Below, piece by piece: positions 1-9,321 of a stretch of 61,249 nt of DNA. The translations under genes were made by a program, and so were the position numbers. The notes beneath the pieces are model-generated. The model had not been told where the DNA came from. It ran no database searches and saw only the letters and a program-made list of their open reading frames with translations. Origin of the DNA: a virus (taxonomy: Duplodnaviria > Caudoviricetes); the IMG/VR virus record IMGVR_UViG_3300009419_000019, positions 1 to 61,249 of that record; one strand, 5' to 3'. Numbering within the stretch: position 1 is the first letter of the stretch; every line of letters begins with the position of its first letter.

Positions 1-13
1 CCCTCATACCCCC

Positions 14-32
14 ATATATTCAGTGAATATAT
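14..32. promoter_or_regulatory. 19-bp palindrome ATATATTCA-G-TGAATATAT, copy 1
   Basis: Perfect dyad; identical copy at 13327-13345, one-mismatch copy at 56449-56467. Confidence 0.75.
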
Positions 33-409
33 CGCCTGGGTTGAACTAACTTTTTGTGGGGCACCCCCATGAGACCCAAGTAACTTCCACGCATCCTGGG
101 TCGATCTCGCAAGCCGCCGAACACGGTTGTGCGGAAGTCACTTCCAACCCGATGATCGTCGGTGGGTGAAAGTTAGATTTCAGGTTAGAACGTGGGGGTG
201 GCCACCTCGAAGTGACGAGATTGACTAGGAGTGTTTATAAGCTCGCGGAGGGGCCTGGGTAGGCCGCGTATCGGTCTTTGGATTTCACGAGATTAAGAAC
301 TGATCTGTGAGATCCTAACAACACTGGCAGTTGAGGGGTCAACCCGATGTTGAGGGGTCAGTGGTCGGCCAAGTCGTCGTCGCCGGTCGAATGTCCGAAA
401 AACCGGGCC

Positions 410-522
410 TGGACAGCATAGGTCTGAATAAGTCGTTTTTTCCCTTTATGTATAGGTAGACTTTTATAAACCTTCTCGTAGCACATAGTCAAAAAAGCCC
501 TTATCCAGACCTATGCTGTCCA
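410..522. repeat. 23-bp inverted repeat flanking an AT-rich spacer; candidate replication origin
   Basis: TGGACAGCATAGGTCTGAATAAG (410-432) vs CTTATCCAGACCTATGCTGTCCA (500-522), one mismatch; just downstream of the primase/helicase gene. Confidence 0.6.
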
Positions 523-638
523 AATGGGGGTAAAAGCAAGGGTAAACCCTTAAAACTTTTCTTTAGACTCGGCGGCGATCCATGGCCGATGTAAAACCGA
601 TTTTTAGGCGTCATGCTGGCAATCTGCGACATAGAACG

Positions 639-659
639 AAAAAACCGCCCGAAGGCGGC
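639..659 (-). terminator. Rho-independent terminator of primase/helicase gene
   Basis: Minus strand CCGCC-TTCG-GGCGG followed by a T run, just after the stop at 675. Confidence 0.8.
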
Positions 660-674
660 TTGTAAAAAGGTTTT

Positions 675-3197
675 TTAGAGACCTTCACACTCTTCTTGGC
701 GTTTTCGCAGCCAATCCCGCACCTTGATCTTGTAGTCAACTTCTCCCTGAGAGCCGACGTATTCGAACATCTGAGGGTCTCGCACATACACCCTGGCCTT
801 GTCAGAACCAGTGATTCGCATGCGTCCGAGAGCCTCATAACCGTCCCGTTCGAGCATGAAATTGAGGGTCTTTCCAGGGGGTATCGCCGCGCCACGGGCA
901 GCAACCGCTTCCATCAGTGAGCCCAACTCGATCAGTTCCCACGACACACCCGGCACATCGTTTTCACGGATGATTTCGTCGAGCACTTGGATGAACTCGG
1001 GCTTCGAACGGGCGATCATCTGGCGACGTGCTTCGGTCTCAGGCGCGTCACCCATAGGGTCAAAGGCATCGGATTGCTCATGGTCGAGCAGCCACGCACG
1101 CAACGCGGGAGCGCACTCTGAGATGGTCTCGTAGAGCTTGGCGTAGTAGTCCCGGTTCTCGGCCTTGAACGCCTTGATGTCGTCGCGCTTTTGCCACCGT
1201 GAGAACAAGATCAGGTAGCGACGGTCGGTGTCGTCCAGGGGGAGAGCGTCTTTGTAGTTGGTGAACAGGAGGTAGTTGGTCGTGTTGATGCAGTTGTAGA
1301 CAGCCTTGCCCTTGGGATGCACCTCGATCACCGTGTTGGTGATGTAGGGCTTGATCCGGTTGATCACCTCGTACTTGTTCTTGTCGTTGATCAGGCGCAC
1401 TTCCTCGACGCACGCAACGCACTGGCCAGCACACCAGTCAGTGAAGTCGTTGTGAAGGATCTGCGCGTTCAGCATGGTCACGTTGCTCACGCCCATGACC
1501 GCACGCAGCATTTCGGCAAAGAACGTCTTGCCGTCACCCTGAACGCCTTGCAACAAGATCGCGTAATTGGCGTGCTTGCCTGGGTTTTGCACCACCCAGG
1601 AGAGCCAGTCCAAAAGCATGGCCTGTTCATCGGGTCGCTCCAACAGGTGCGCGATGTGGGCCTTGACCCGCTCGACGGCACGCTTGTCACGGGGCAGCAT
1701 CTTCTCGGGACGCTCGGGAATCTCGTGCTCTGCGTAGGTGTTGGCAAACACACCATCGGGCTCGTGGAAGATCGGATCACGACCGGGCATGTACCGACGC
1801 CCACCAACCGTATGGATCTTGTAGATGTTCAGTGCCAGTGAAGAAGCATTGGACGACGGTGTTGTGCGCCCTTCCAGTGCGTCCTTCTTGGTCAGAGCAT
1901 TGCGGTCGTACATCGCGTTGAAGCCTTGTTGCGACGTGGCGATCTTGTTGTTCGTGTTGAAGAAGCGGTCATCGCTGGTGTCGTACACCCAATTGACAGC
2001 CCACTTGGGCGTCTTCTCTTGCTTCTTCGGTGCGTAGGCCAAAGCCTTCTTGATCTCAACCAGCGATGTCTTGGTGCCGGTGATCGAGTCACGACGCTCC
2101 TTGGCCACCACGGCAAGCGCAGAACGCGAGAGACCGTCGATTTCGGCCTCACGAACCATCTGCCTTGCCTTCTCCCACGACTGAATATCTTTGGCTTCGA
2201 GGAATGCGTCACGCAACTTGATGGTCAACTCAGCCGTCGTGTTCTCGACAGCTTCCTTGGCCAAGCGCAAGATGTACCGTGCGGTAATGGGTGCCCGCTT
2301 TTTGCCTTGGACGTTGAAATCTTTCCAGCGTCGATCAAGCGCATCACCGTCGTAGTTGTCAGCGGTCTCAGACCACTCATGCCACAACTCATGGCCGGAC
2401 TCATCACCATCGAACTGATGGAACAAGGCCATGCCAACCTGCACCCACGTCTCGTAGTCGTCGGGGTTGGGCACCAGCAGCAAGCGTGAACGCAACTCAT
2501 CTGTGGTGATGTCGATGGGGTCGGTGTCTTCAAGCCAGGGGTTGTCGGCAAGCGTGCCTGCACCGGCTGAGCCAGCAAGACCGCTTCGGGCTTTCTTGAC
2601 GAGCTTCCAGCCTTCCTCTTGCGCGACTTCCTCGAAGTAGGCGATGAACTCTTGCGCCTTTTCTTCTGTCAGCAAGGGCAGCTTGTCAGCCGGTGTGTCC
2701 GTTGGCCCATTGAAGTCAGGCCACAGATAGGGGCGCTTCGTCTCAGGGTGAATGTGGTACGCGACGAACTGTTGGCCATCACCGAGGATCTCGATGCGGT
2801 GCTCCTGACCCCATTCATCGGCGTACTTCGATGATGTGATCTTGCGGAAGGGCTCGTCACAGCGAAAGACGAAAAGACGCTTGGGCGGCATGCCGATGCG
2901 CATCGGTGCATCTGCGATGTTGTCGATCACCCACTGCCCCAGCTTCTTCGATACATCTTCGTCGTACACGTCGATGTCGATGGCCGGTGTGTGCTTGGTG
3001 ATCACGCCCACGCCTGAGTTCTTGTGCCCGTGTTCGAGCCAGTCTTTCAGTTGTGCCTTGGTCGAGCGCGACTTCTGCCATCCGTCAAAGCCTGGGGCCT
3101 TCTTGCCACGTTGAATCGGGACGATGTTGTACCCGTTGTCGATCAACGTCTCACCGCATGCTGCTAGGAAGTCGCCTTGTTGCTTAAATTCACTCAT
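675..3197 (-). CDS. DNA primase/helicase (prim-pol N-terminus, PriCT-2, SF3/D5-like helicase)
   Basis: N-terminal PIQRGKKAP...DIDVYD prim-pol motifs; YETWVQVGMAL..WHEWS PriCT-2; Walker A GVQGDGKT and Walker B VEEV. Confidence 0.9.
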   Translation of the reverse strand: MSEFKQQGDFLAACGETLIDNGYNIVPIQRGKKAPGFDGWQKSRSTKAQLKDWLEHGHKNSGVGVITKHTPAIDIDVYDEDVSKKLGQWVIDNIADAPMRIGMPPKRLFVFRCDEPFRKITSSKYADEWGQEHRIEILGDGQQFVAYHIHPETKRPYLWPDFNGPTDTPADKLPLLTEEKAQEFIAYFEEVAQEEGWKLVKKARSGLAGSAGAGTLADNPWLEDTDPIDITTDELRSRLLLVPNPDDYETWVQVGMALFHQFDGDESGHELWHEWSETADNYDGDALDRRWKDFNVQGKKRAPITARYILRLAKEAVENTTAELTIKLRDAFLEAKDIQSWEKARQMVREAEIDGLSRSALAVVAKERRDSITGTKTSLVEIKKALAYAPKKQEKTPKWAVNWVYDTSDDRFFNTNNKIATSQQGFNAMYDRNALTKKDALEGRTTPSSNASSLALNIYKIHTVGGRRYMPGRDPIFHEPDGVFANTYAEHEIPERPEKMLPRDKRAVERVKAHIAHLLERPDEQAMLLDWLSWVVQNPGKHANYAILLQGVQGDGKTFFAEMLRAVMGVSNVTMLNAQILHNDFTDWCAGQCVACVEEVRLINDKNKYEVINRIKPYITNTVIEVHPKGKAVYNCINTTNYLLFTNYKDALPLDDTDRRYLILFSRWQKRDDIKAFKAENRDYYAKLYETISECAPALRAWLLDHEQSDAFDPMGDAPETEARRQMIARSKPEFIQVLDEIIRENDVPGVSWELIELGSLMEAVAARGAAIPPGKTLNFMLERDGYEALGRMRITGSDKARVYVRDPQMFEYVGSQGEVDYKIKVRDWLRKRQEECEGL

Positions 3198-3481
3198 GCG
3201 GCAACCTTGATCTTCAAAGGGTCAGTGAGGTATTCGGCACGCACGACAGCACGGCCAACGGCTTGCTCGATGGCAATGGCCATGGGCACTGTCAGGTAGC
3301 CGCGACGGATGGCGAAAGAAAGAGATGAATGATCCATCTCAATCTTCGCTGCAAGTGCTCGTACACTCTGCTTCCCGGTCGCCTCAATGGCCGCTCGTGA
3401 GATCAGGTAACGCAAGCGTGCCGTAGCACGGTGTTCATCTTTTTTGTGGGTGTCCACCCACGCTGGGAAACGCACAGCCAT
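3194..3481 (-). CDS. Cro-like HTH transcriptional regulator
   Basis: SVRALAAKIEMDHSSLSFAIRRG HTH-like segment; GGAG RBS before ATG at 3481; position as in Chi-like phages. Confidence 0.6.
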   Translation of the reverse strand: MAVRFPAWVDTHKKDEHRATARLRYLISRAAIEATGKQSVRALAAKIEMDHSSLSFAIRRGYLTVPMAIAIEQAVGRAVVRAEYLTDPLKIKVAA

Positions 3482-3522
3482 AGGTTCTCCTAAGTTGTTG
3501 CTAAAAAGTGTACGCCAACTTG

Positions 3523-3551
3523 TTGACAGCTTCAACCAAATGTGGAAAATA
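3523..3551 (+). promoter_or_regulatory. Sigma70-like rightward promoter with an operator-like site (TCAACCAAATGTGGA, 3532-3546) in its spacer
   Basis: TTGACA at 3523-3528, weak -10 near 3545-3551, in the divergent intergenic region. Confidence 0.55.
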
Positions 3552-3613
3552 GAGTCCTGTTGAGCGATCAACCTGAAACCGCGAAACCGCTAACCCACTC
3601 TTAGGAGAAACCC

Positions 3614-4126
3614 ATGAGCAGCAATGCCGACAAACCCTTCGACTTGATCCAAAGCGTCCGTCGCTTCATGGAGATCCCCGGCCAGTACAAAGGCCACGGC
3701 GAACTTGCCATGTACGGCTTTTACTTCGGCATGCAGCTTGAGGAACTCTCCGAGAAGCTCGAACGCATTGCTTCGGCCTGCCCGGTCACTGATGACCGTG
3801 TTCGCATGCAGCACTTCGCAGCAATCATGAAGGTGCTCGCCAACGAGTTCAAAGCTGGTATGCACCGTTCTGCGCTGGGTTTTGCAAACCTGGGTGACAT
3901 GATCGACGACGACATCGACATGGCCTGGGTCTCCATCGCGGCTGCGCACTTTGCAGCCAAAGACGAAGTGAACGCACAACTCGCCATCGAGCACGTTGCA
4001 GAACGCAACCACGCGAAGTACCCCAACGGTCAAGTGCTGCTCGACGCCAACGGCAAGGTTGTGAAACCTGAAGGTTGGACACCGCCCGACCACAGCAACT
4101 TCGTCACGTCCTTCCGGGCTGACTGA
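3614..4126 (+). CDS. MazG-like / PRA-PH-like nucleoside triphosphate pyrophosphohydrolase
   Basis: EELSE, DDDID, N-x-x-K and C-terminal NGKVVKPEGWTPPD typical of phage all-alpha NTP-PPases. Confidence 0.7.
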   Translation: MSSNADKPFDLIQSVRRFMEIPGQYKGHGELAMYGFYFGMQLEELSEKLERIASACPVTDDRVRMQHFAAIMKVLANEFKAGMHRSALGFANLGDMIDDDIDMAWVSIAAAHFAAKDEVNAQLAIEHVAERNHAKYPNGQVLLDANGKVVKPEGWTPPDHSNFVTSFRAD

Positions 4127-4206
4127 TTTTCCCCTCGTTTTCCACATCCTGTTGTGCCGCCCACACAACGGGCTTCCTTTACCTTGGGCAAACACCGGAG
4201 CTTCAC

Positions 4207-4581
4207 ATGAGCAACCAAAAAATCGCTTACACGCAATACTTCGAAACCAACGCCGAACTGGCCGCTTTCCTGGCCAAACTGGACGGTGCTGCTGATGGTG
4301 CGAAGACCACCAAGGCCGAGACATCCAAGGCCGAGACCACCAAGCCTGCCGCCAAGGCCGCTTCCAAGCCCAAGGTCACCAAGGAGCAGATGCAAGCTGC
4401 CCTGACCGAAGTGAAGGACACCCTGGGCGTGCCTGACGCCAAGGCGTTGATCACCGAAGTGGGTGGCGTCAAGAAGATGGACGACATCCCCGAAGACAAG
4501 TTCGAAGCCGTGCTGAAGGCCGCTCAAGAAAAGCTGGCCGAAGCTGAAGCCGGTGGTGGCGACGACGACAGCGGCATCTGA
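4207..4581 (+). CDS. Hypothetical replication-module protein (Ala/Lys-rich linker, acidic tail)
   Basis: Good RBS and codon usage; occupies the position before DUF2800 seen in related phages. Confidence 0.7.
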   Translation: MSNQKIAYTQYFETNAELAAFLAKLDGAADGAKTTKAETSKAETTKPAAKAASKPKVTKEQMQAALTEVKDTLGVPDAKALITEVGGVKKMDDIPEDKFEAVLKAAQEKLAEAEAGGGDDDSGI

Positions 4582-4610
4582 TTGGCCGAACCCAGGATCA
4601 GAGAGCCAGC

Positions 4611-5930
4611 ATGACGGAACATCGAATCGACTTGAAGCAGCTTGAGAGCATCCGTGACGGATCGGGACACTCGATCTTCGGAGCTTCAGGTTCTTCGATG
4701 TTCTTGAACTGCCCTGGCTCGCTGATCCCCAACCTGCTTGCACCTGACGACGCTGGCGAGGACGCTGCCTACGGGACAGTGGCTCACGCTCTTGGCGAAG
4801 AATGGCGCAAGTCAGGTGTGAAGCCTGTTCACCGTGTGGGCACGAAGCAGTTCGTACCTGCTGGTGAGTGGGGCTTCATGATCGAGATCGACGACGCGAT
4901 GCTCGACTATGTGCAGATGTCCGTTGACTGGTCATCACTTCTCCCCGGAGATCACATAGTCGAGGTTCGAGTGAACTACTCCGACCTCACCCCAATCAAG
5001 AACCAAGGTGGCACCCTGGACTTCGGTGCCATGCGCCACGGTGTCTGTGTCATCCAAGACGAGAAGTACGGCAAGAGCGAAGAAATCCTGGCCGAAGAGA
5101 ACACCCAACTCATGCTGTATGCCTATGGCGTCTACCGTGAGTGGGATTGGCTGTACGGCTTCAAAGAGTTTGTGATCCGCATTTCGCAGCCCCGTCTCAA
5201 CCACTTCGACGAGTGGACGGTGAGCACGGAACGCTTGCTTGAGTTTGCCGCTTGGGCCAAAGAGCGCATGCATCTGGCATGGTCGCCCGACGCGCCTCGC
5301 GTCCCTGGTCACAAGCAATGTAAGTGGTGCAAGGTCAAGTCGTCTTGCGCTGCTGCTGCGAAGTTGGAGAACGATCTGGTGACGCAAGCGTTTGCCGGGA
5401 TCGTTGAGTACGACGAGAGCGATATTGAGCAGTTCAAGTCCGAGTTGGACATTGGCATGCTCACACGCCCGTTGAGCATCATGACCTTGAGCACAGAGCA
5501 GATGGCCACGCTCAAGCAGTACCGCAAGTTCAGTGAGGCGTTCTGGAAGTCACTCGACAAAGAACTCATGCGCCGAGCCATTGTGCTCGACGAGAAGATC
5601 CCTGGGATGAAGCTGGTCGAAGGCCGCTCCTATCGCCAGTTCAAAAGTAAACAGGAGACGATCAAGACCCTCGTTGGCCTTGGTTGCTCCGTCAAAGATG
5701 TTGTGGTCGAGTCCTTGGTCAGCCCAGCCGAGTCGGAGAAGTTACTTCGCAAAGCTGGTCACCGGCACAAGGACATTCCACGACTGCTTGCCGAACTGGT
5801 TGAAAAGCCGCCCGGTAAGCCCACCCTCGTGCCGTTGAGTGATCGACGGAGCGAGATCAAAGACATCACGGCAGACGCTTTCCAAAGTCTTGCCGCCGAT
5901 GAAGACGATGAAACCCTCGAAACCGATTAA
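4611..5930 (+). CDS. DUF2800-family Cas4-like PD-(D/E)xK exonuclease
   Basis: HS..GAS...CPGS, GTVAH, GTLD, DEKYG, NTQLMLYA, QPR and CKWC motifs. Confidence 0.85.
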   Translation: MTEHRIDLKQLESIRDGSGHSIFGASGSSMFLNCPGSLIPNLLAPDDAGEDAAYGTVAHALGEEWRKSGVKPVHRVGTKQFVPAGEWGFMIEIDDAMLDYVQMSVDWSSLLPGDHIVEVRVNYSDLTPIKNQGGTLDFGAMRHGVCVIQDEKYGKSEEILAEENTQLMLYAYGVYREWDWLYGFKEFVIRISQPRLNHFDEWTVSTERLLEFAAWAKERMHLAWSPDAPRVPGHKQCKWCKVKSSCAAAAKLENDLVTQAFAGIVEYDESDIEQFKSELDIGMLTRPLSIMTLSTEQMATLKQYRKFSEAFWKSLDKELMRRAIVLDEKIPGMKLVEGRSYRQFKSKQETIKTLVGLGCSVKDVVVESLVSPAESEKLLRKAGHRHKDIPRLLAELVEKPPGKPTLVPLSDRRSEIKDITADAFQSLAADEDDETLETD

Positions 5931-5940
5931 AGGTGAAACC

Positions 5941-6597
5941 ATGTCCCAACTGACTGTTGTCAAAGAGTTCAAAAACGGCGCGATGATGAAAGACGCGAAG
6001 GGGGAGATCCTCTTCCGCATCGACCGCATCCGTGCCTCATACCCGTTCATTGGCACACCTTCTGTTGATGAAGGCGACGATGGCAGCAAGCGTCAGAACT
6101 GGCGCATTGTTGGCATGCTGCCCAAGGCCACGCACGTCGAAATCAAAGACGCGTTGAAGGCCCACATCCAGCAGTTGATGAAGACCAACGAAGCCAAGGT
6201 TCCAGCAGACAAGTGGTTCCTGACGAACGGCGACGACAAGGAAGACGAAGAGATGGCCGGTCACTTCCTCGTGACTGCTGCTGACTCGAAGAAGCGTCCC
6301 AAGGTTCGTGACCGCAAGGGTGTGATCATGGACGACATTGCCAAGATCGACGACACCTTCTACGGTGGCTGCTGGGTCAGCATCTTGATCCGTCCTTGGT
6401 ACTTCAACGGCAAGGCCAAGTCTTCGTCGAAGAGTTACCCCAAGCGCATCTCTGCGAACCTCGTCGGTGTGATGTTCTACAAGGACGACACCCCGTTCGG
6501 CTCCGGTCGCATTGACGACGACGGCGCATGGGGCGATACCGACAATGATGATGACGGTATGAACCAGCATGACAGCGACGACGATTCTGGCCTTTGA
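5941..6597 (+). CDS. Single-stranded DNA-binding protein (DUF2815 / T7 gp2.5-like)
   Basis: RASYP, FYGGCWV, ISANLVGVMFYKDDTPFG and an acidic tail; ATG at 5941 after an AAGG RBS. Confidence 0.85.
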   Translation: MSQLTVVKEFKNGAMMKDAKGEILFRIDRIRASYPFIGTPSVDEGDDGSKRQNWRIVGMLPKATHVEIKDALKAHIQQLMKTNEAKVPADKWFLTNGDDKEDEEMAGHFLVTAADSKKRPKVRDRKGVIMDDIAKIDDTFYGGCWVSILIRPWYFNGKAKSSSKSYPKRISANLVGVMFYKDDTPFGSGRIDDDGAWGDTDNDDDGMNQHDSDDDSGL

Positions 6598-6654
6598 TTC
6601 ACCCCGAGTCCACATCCTGTGGGCTCATCCACCCCTCGCTATCAGGAGAACACC

Positions 6655-6849
6655 ATGAGCGAATTGAACCCGCTGGCCAAGGCCGGTAAGAAAGTTGAAA
6701 TCACCCGACGCAACGGCATCGTGGCCAAGGGCACCGTCGATACCGTTGACAGCACCGAGAAGGGTGTTTGGGTCGGCGTGAACATCGGTGAGAAGAAGGC
6801 ACCGAAGATCGTCAAGGTGCGTGCTTCGCAACTGCGCAAGCCTTCCTGA
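6655..6849 (+). CDS. Small basic hypothetical protein
   Basis: AGGAG RBS, ATG at 6655, followed by a terminator. Confidence 0.7.
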   Translation: MSELNPLAKAGKKVEITRRNGIVAKGTVDTVDSTEKGVWVGVNIGEKKAPKIVKVRASQLRKPS

Positions 6850-6854
6850 TCGAC

Positions 6855-6881
6855 CCAGGCCCTTCGGGGCTTGGGCTTTTT
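6855..6881 (+). terminator. Rho-independent terminator
   Basis: CCCAGGCCC-TTCG-GGGCTTGGG stem-loop followed by CTTTTT. Confidence 0.8.
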
Positions 6882-6961
6882 GGTGGTGAGGCTGTGGGTG
6901 AGCACACCTTCTACAAAGCTGCCGGTACTGCTGAGAGCAGCACAGCAGCCCCACCACCAAA

Positions 6962-9031
6962 ATGCCTAAGTACGCAACACAACGATCTGAAGCAGTCTTC
7001 GACCTCGAAGTCTTCTACAACTACTTCTCGGTGGCTTTCAAGTGCTGCACAACTGGTCGTTGGCGGCGCTTCGAACTTCTCCCAGGCACGACCCTAGATC
7101 GCAAGGGTGTTGCCAAGGTCTTGCGTAACTTCCGCATCTACGGCTTCAACAGCAATAACTTCGACATGCCGATCCTGATGGCGGCACTCGATGGGTTCCG
7201 CAACGAGCAACTCAAGCTCGTGTGCGACACGATCATTGGCGAGAACCTCCCTGCCTTCAAGACCTATGAGCGGTTCGGCATCACCAAGCCGCCCGTGTTC
7301 ATCGACCATGTTGATCTGATGAACGTCTCGCCTGGGGCTGCGCAGAAGCCAAGCCTCAAGCTCTTGGCCGGTCGCCTACACAGCAAGCACATCATGGAGT
7401 TGCCCGTCGATGTGAACGCGGAACTCAACAACCGCCAGATCGAGAAGATCCGCACGTACCACATCATTGACCTCGACGACACCATTGATCTGAAGAACGA
7501 TCTGAAGTCGCAGATCGAGATCCGTGCGTTCATGTCAGATCAGTACAGCGTCGATCTTCGTTCACGCTCTGATGCGCAAATTGCAGAAGCCGTGATCAAG
7601 GCTGAAGTTGAACGGCTCAGTGGCCAGAAGATCCAGAAGCCACAGGTCGTCTCGGGCAAGTTTCAATACAAAGCTCCCTCGTTCATCGTCTACAAGACGG
7701 AGGTGCTTCAGAAGTTACTTTCGACTGTCTGCGATGCGAAGTTTGTCATCGGCTATGACGGCAAGGTCTATGAGCCTGCTGAGATCGAGACGATGACGAT
7801 CTCCCTGGGCATTCAGAAGTACACCTTCGGCATCGGTGGCCTGCACTCGACAGAGAAGCGGGTTTCATACGTTGCCGATGAGACGTTCTCCTTGCGAGAC
7901 CGTGACGTGACGAGCTACTACCCTCGCACGATTCTGAACACGGGCCTGTTCCCCAAGCAGCTTGGAATGTACTTCCCTCAGGTCTACGAGAGCATCCTTG
8001 TGCGTCGCGTGTCAGCGAAAGACGCCGGCGACAAGAACACCGCTGAGACGCTGAAGATTGTTCTCAACGGGACGTTCGGCAAGCTGGGTCAAAGCACATC
8101 GCTGTTGTATGCACCGAACCTGTTGATTCAGACGACGATCACAGGCCAGCTTGCGATCCTCATGCTCATTGAGCGTCTCGAACTGGCTGGCATCACCGTG
8201 ATCTCAGCCAACACAGACGGCATTGTCAGCAAGGTTCCTAAGCACCTCGAAGGCACGTTCTTCTGGATCTGCCACGATTGGGAAGTTGATACCGGCTACG
8301 GCACTGAGGAAGTTCAGTACACCGCTGTCTACTCGCGGGACGTGAACAACTACCTCGCCTTCTATCAAGAGAAGGACAAGGCCACTGGTGAGATGAAGAC
8401 CAAGGTCAAGCGCAAGGGAGCCTACGGTGAACGTGGCCCAGGCCAAGCCGGCGCTGCTGGTCAGAAGCACAACCCTGACGCTGAAATCTGCTCCCTGGCT
8501 GTCATCGAGTACCTAAAGAACGGTACGCCGATGGAGACCACCATTGAGGACTGCGATGACTTCCGCAAGTTCGTGATCGTGCGTCGCGTCAAGGGTGGCG
8601 CCGTGCTTGGTGAGGAATACATCGGCAAGGTTGTTCGCTGGTATCAAGCCGTGGGCATGGACGACTGTCTGCGCTACGCATCGAACAACAACAAGGTGCC
8701 ATCGTCGCAAGGTGCTAAGCCAGCGATGGTCATGCCTGATGAACTGCCTGATGACATCGACTATCAGTGGTACATCTCAGAGGCATACGCGATCCTCTCC
8801 GACATTGGTGCCAGTGAGGGCGATCCAGCCCTGGCCGGTCGCACTGGTTGGATGCTGGCTCGTGCGCCTGATCAGAAGACCATCCACAAGGTGAAGCTGC
8901 CAACAGGCATAGCCGCATGTTTCAAGGAACTCGCCAACGTGCGAGACAAGTGGGTTGAGTACAGCGTTGTTCCGAACGGCATGCGCTTTTGCTCGAAGTG
9001 TGCAAGAGCCGTTGACGCTGATGAGCTATGA
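6962..9031 (+). CDS. DNA polymerase, family-B-like, with 3'-5' exonuclease
   Basis: Exo motifs FDLEVF and GFNSNNFD; polymerase motifs DVTSYYP, KIVLNGTFGK, NTDG. Confidence 0.9.
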   Translation: MPKYATQRSEAVFDLEVFYNYFSVAFKCCTTGRWRRFELLPGTTLDRKGVAKVLRNFRIYGFNSNNFDMPILMAALDGFRNEQLKLVCDTIIGENLPAFKTYERFGITKPPVFIDHVDLMNVSPGAAQKPSLKLLAGRLHSKHIMELPVDVNAELNNRQIEKIRTYHIIDLDDTIDLKNDLKSQIEIRAFMSDQYSVDLRSRSDAQIAEAVIKAEVERLSGQKIQKPQVVSGKFQYKAPSFIVYKTEVLQKLLSTVCDAKFVIGYDGKVYEPAEIETMTISLGIQKYTFGIGGLHSTEKRVSYVADETFSLRDRDVTSYYPRTILNTGLFPKQLGMYFPQVYESILVRRVSAKDAGDKNTAETLKIVLNGTFGKLGQSTSLLYAPNLLIQTTITGQLAILMLIERLELAGITVISANTDGIVSKVPKHLEGTFFWICHDWEVDTGYGTEEVQYTAVYSRDVNNYLAFYQEKDKATGEMKTKVKRKGAYGERGPGQAGAAGQKHNPDAEICSLAVIEYLKNGTPMETTIEDCDDFRKFVIVRRVKGGAVLGEEYIGKVVRWYQAVGMDDCLRYASNNNKVPSSQGAKPAMVMPDELPDDIDYQWYISEAYAILSDIGASEGDPALAGRTGWMLARAPDQKTIHKVKLPTGIAACFKELANVRDKWVEYSVVPNGMRFCSKCARAVDADEL

Positions 9032-9321
9032 GCAAGCCATTCTTCGAACGCGCAGAGCGCGAACGTGCTGACGTTGAGGAACCCGCAATCAGCTTCGCAC
9101 AGAAGCGCGGTTGGTGGCACACGAAAGTAACTTCTCCAACGCGAGACTCGCTGCCTGACGACTTGTTCGTTCGGGCTGGTGTCTACGTCTGGTGGGAGTT
9201 CAAGGCCCCTGGGAAAGAGCCAACACCGAAGCAGACCAAGCGGCACCGCGACATGCGTGCTCGCGGCATGGACGTTCGTTGGACTGACAACCTCGACACG
9301 TTCAAGGCGCAGATGCAATGA
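9028..9321 (+). CDS. VRR-NUC domain nuclease
   Basis: LPDDLF..EFKAPGKEPTPKQ motif; lies between polymerase and SNF2 helicase. Confidence 0.85.
   Translation: MSKPFFERAERERADVEEPAISFAQKRGWWHTKVTSPTRDSLPDDLFVRAGVYVWWEFKAPGKEPTPKQTKRHRDMRARGMDVRWTDNLDTFKAQMQ

Noticed and set aside
4611-5930. Cas4 as evidence of a CRISPR-Cas system
   Set aside because: Motifs and neighbours match the standalone DUF2800 exonuclease of phage replication modules
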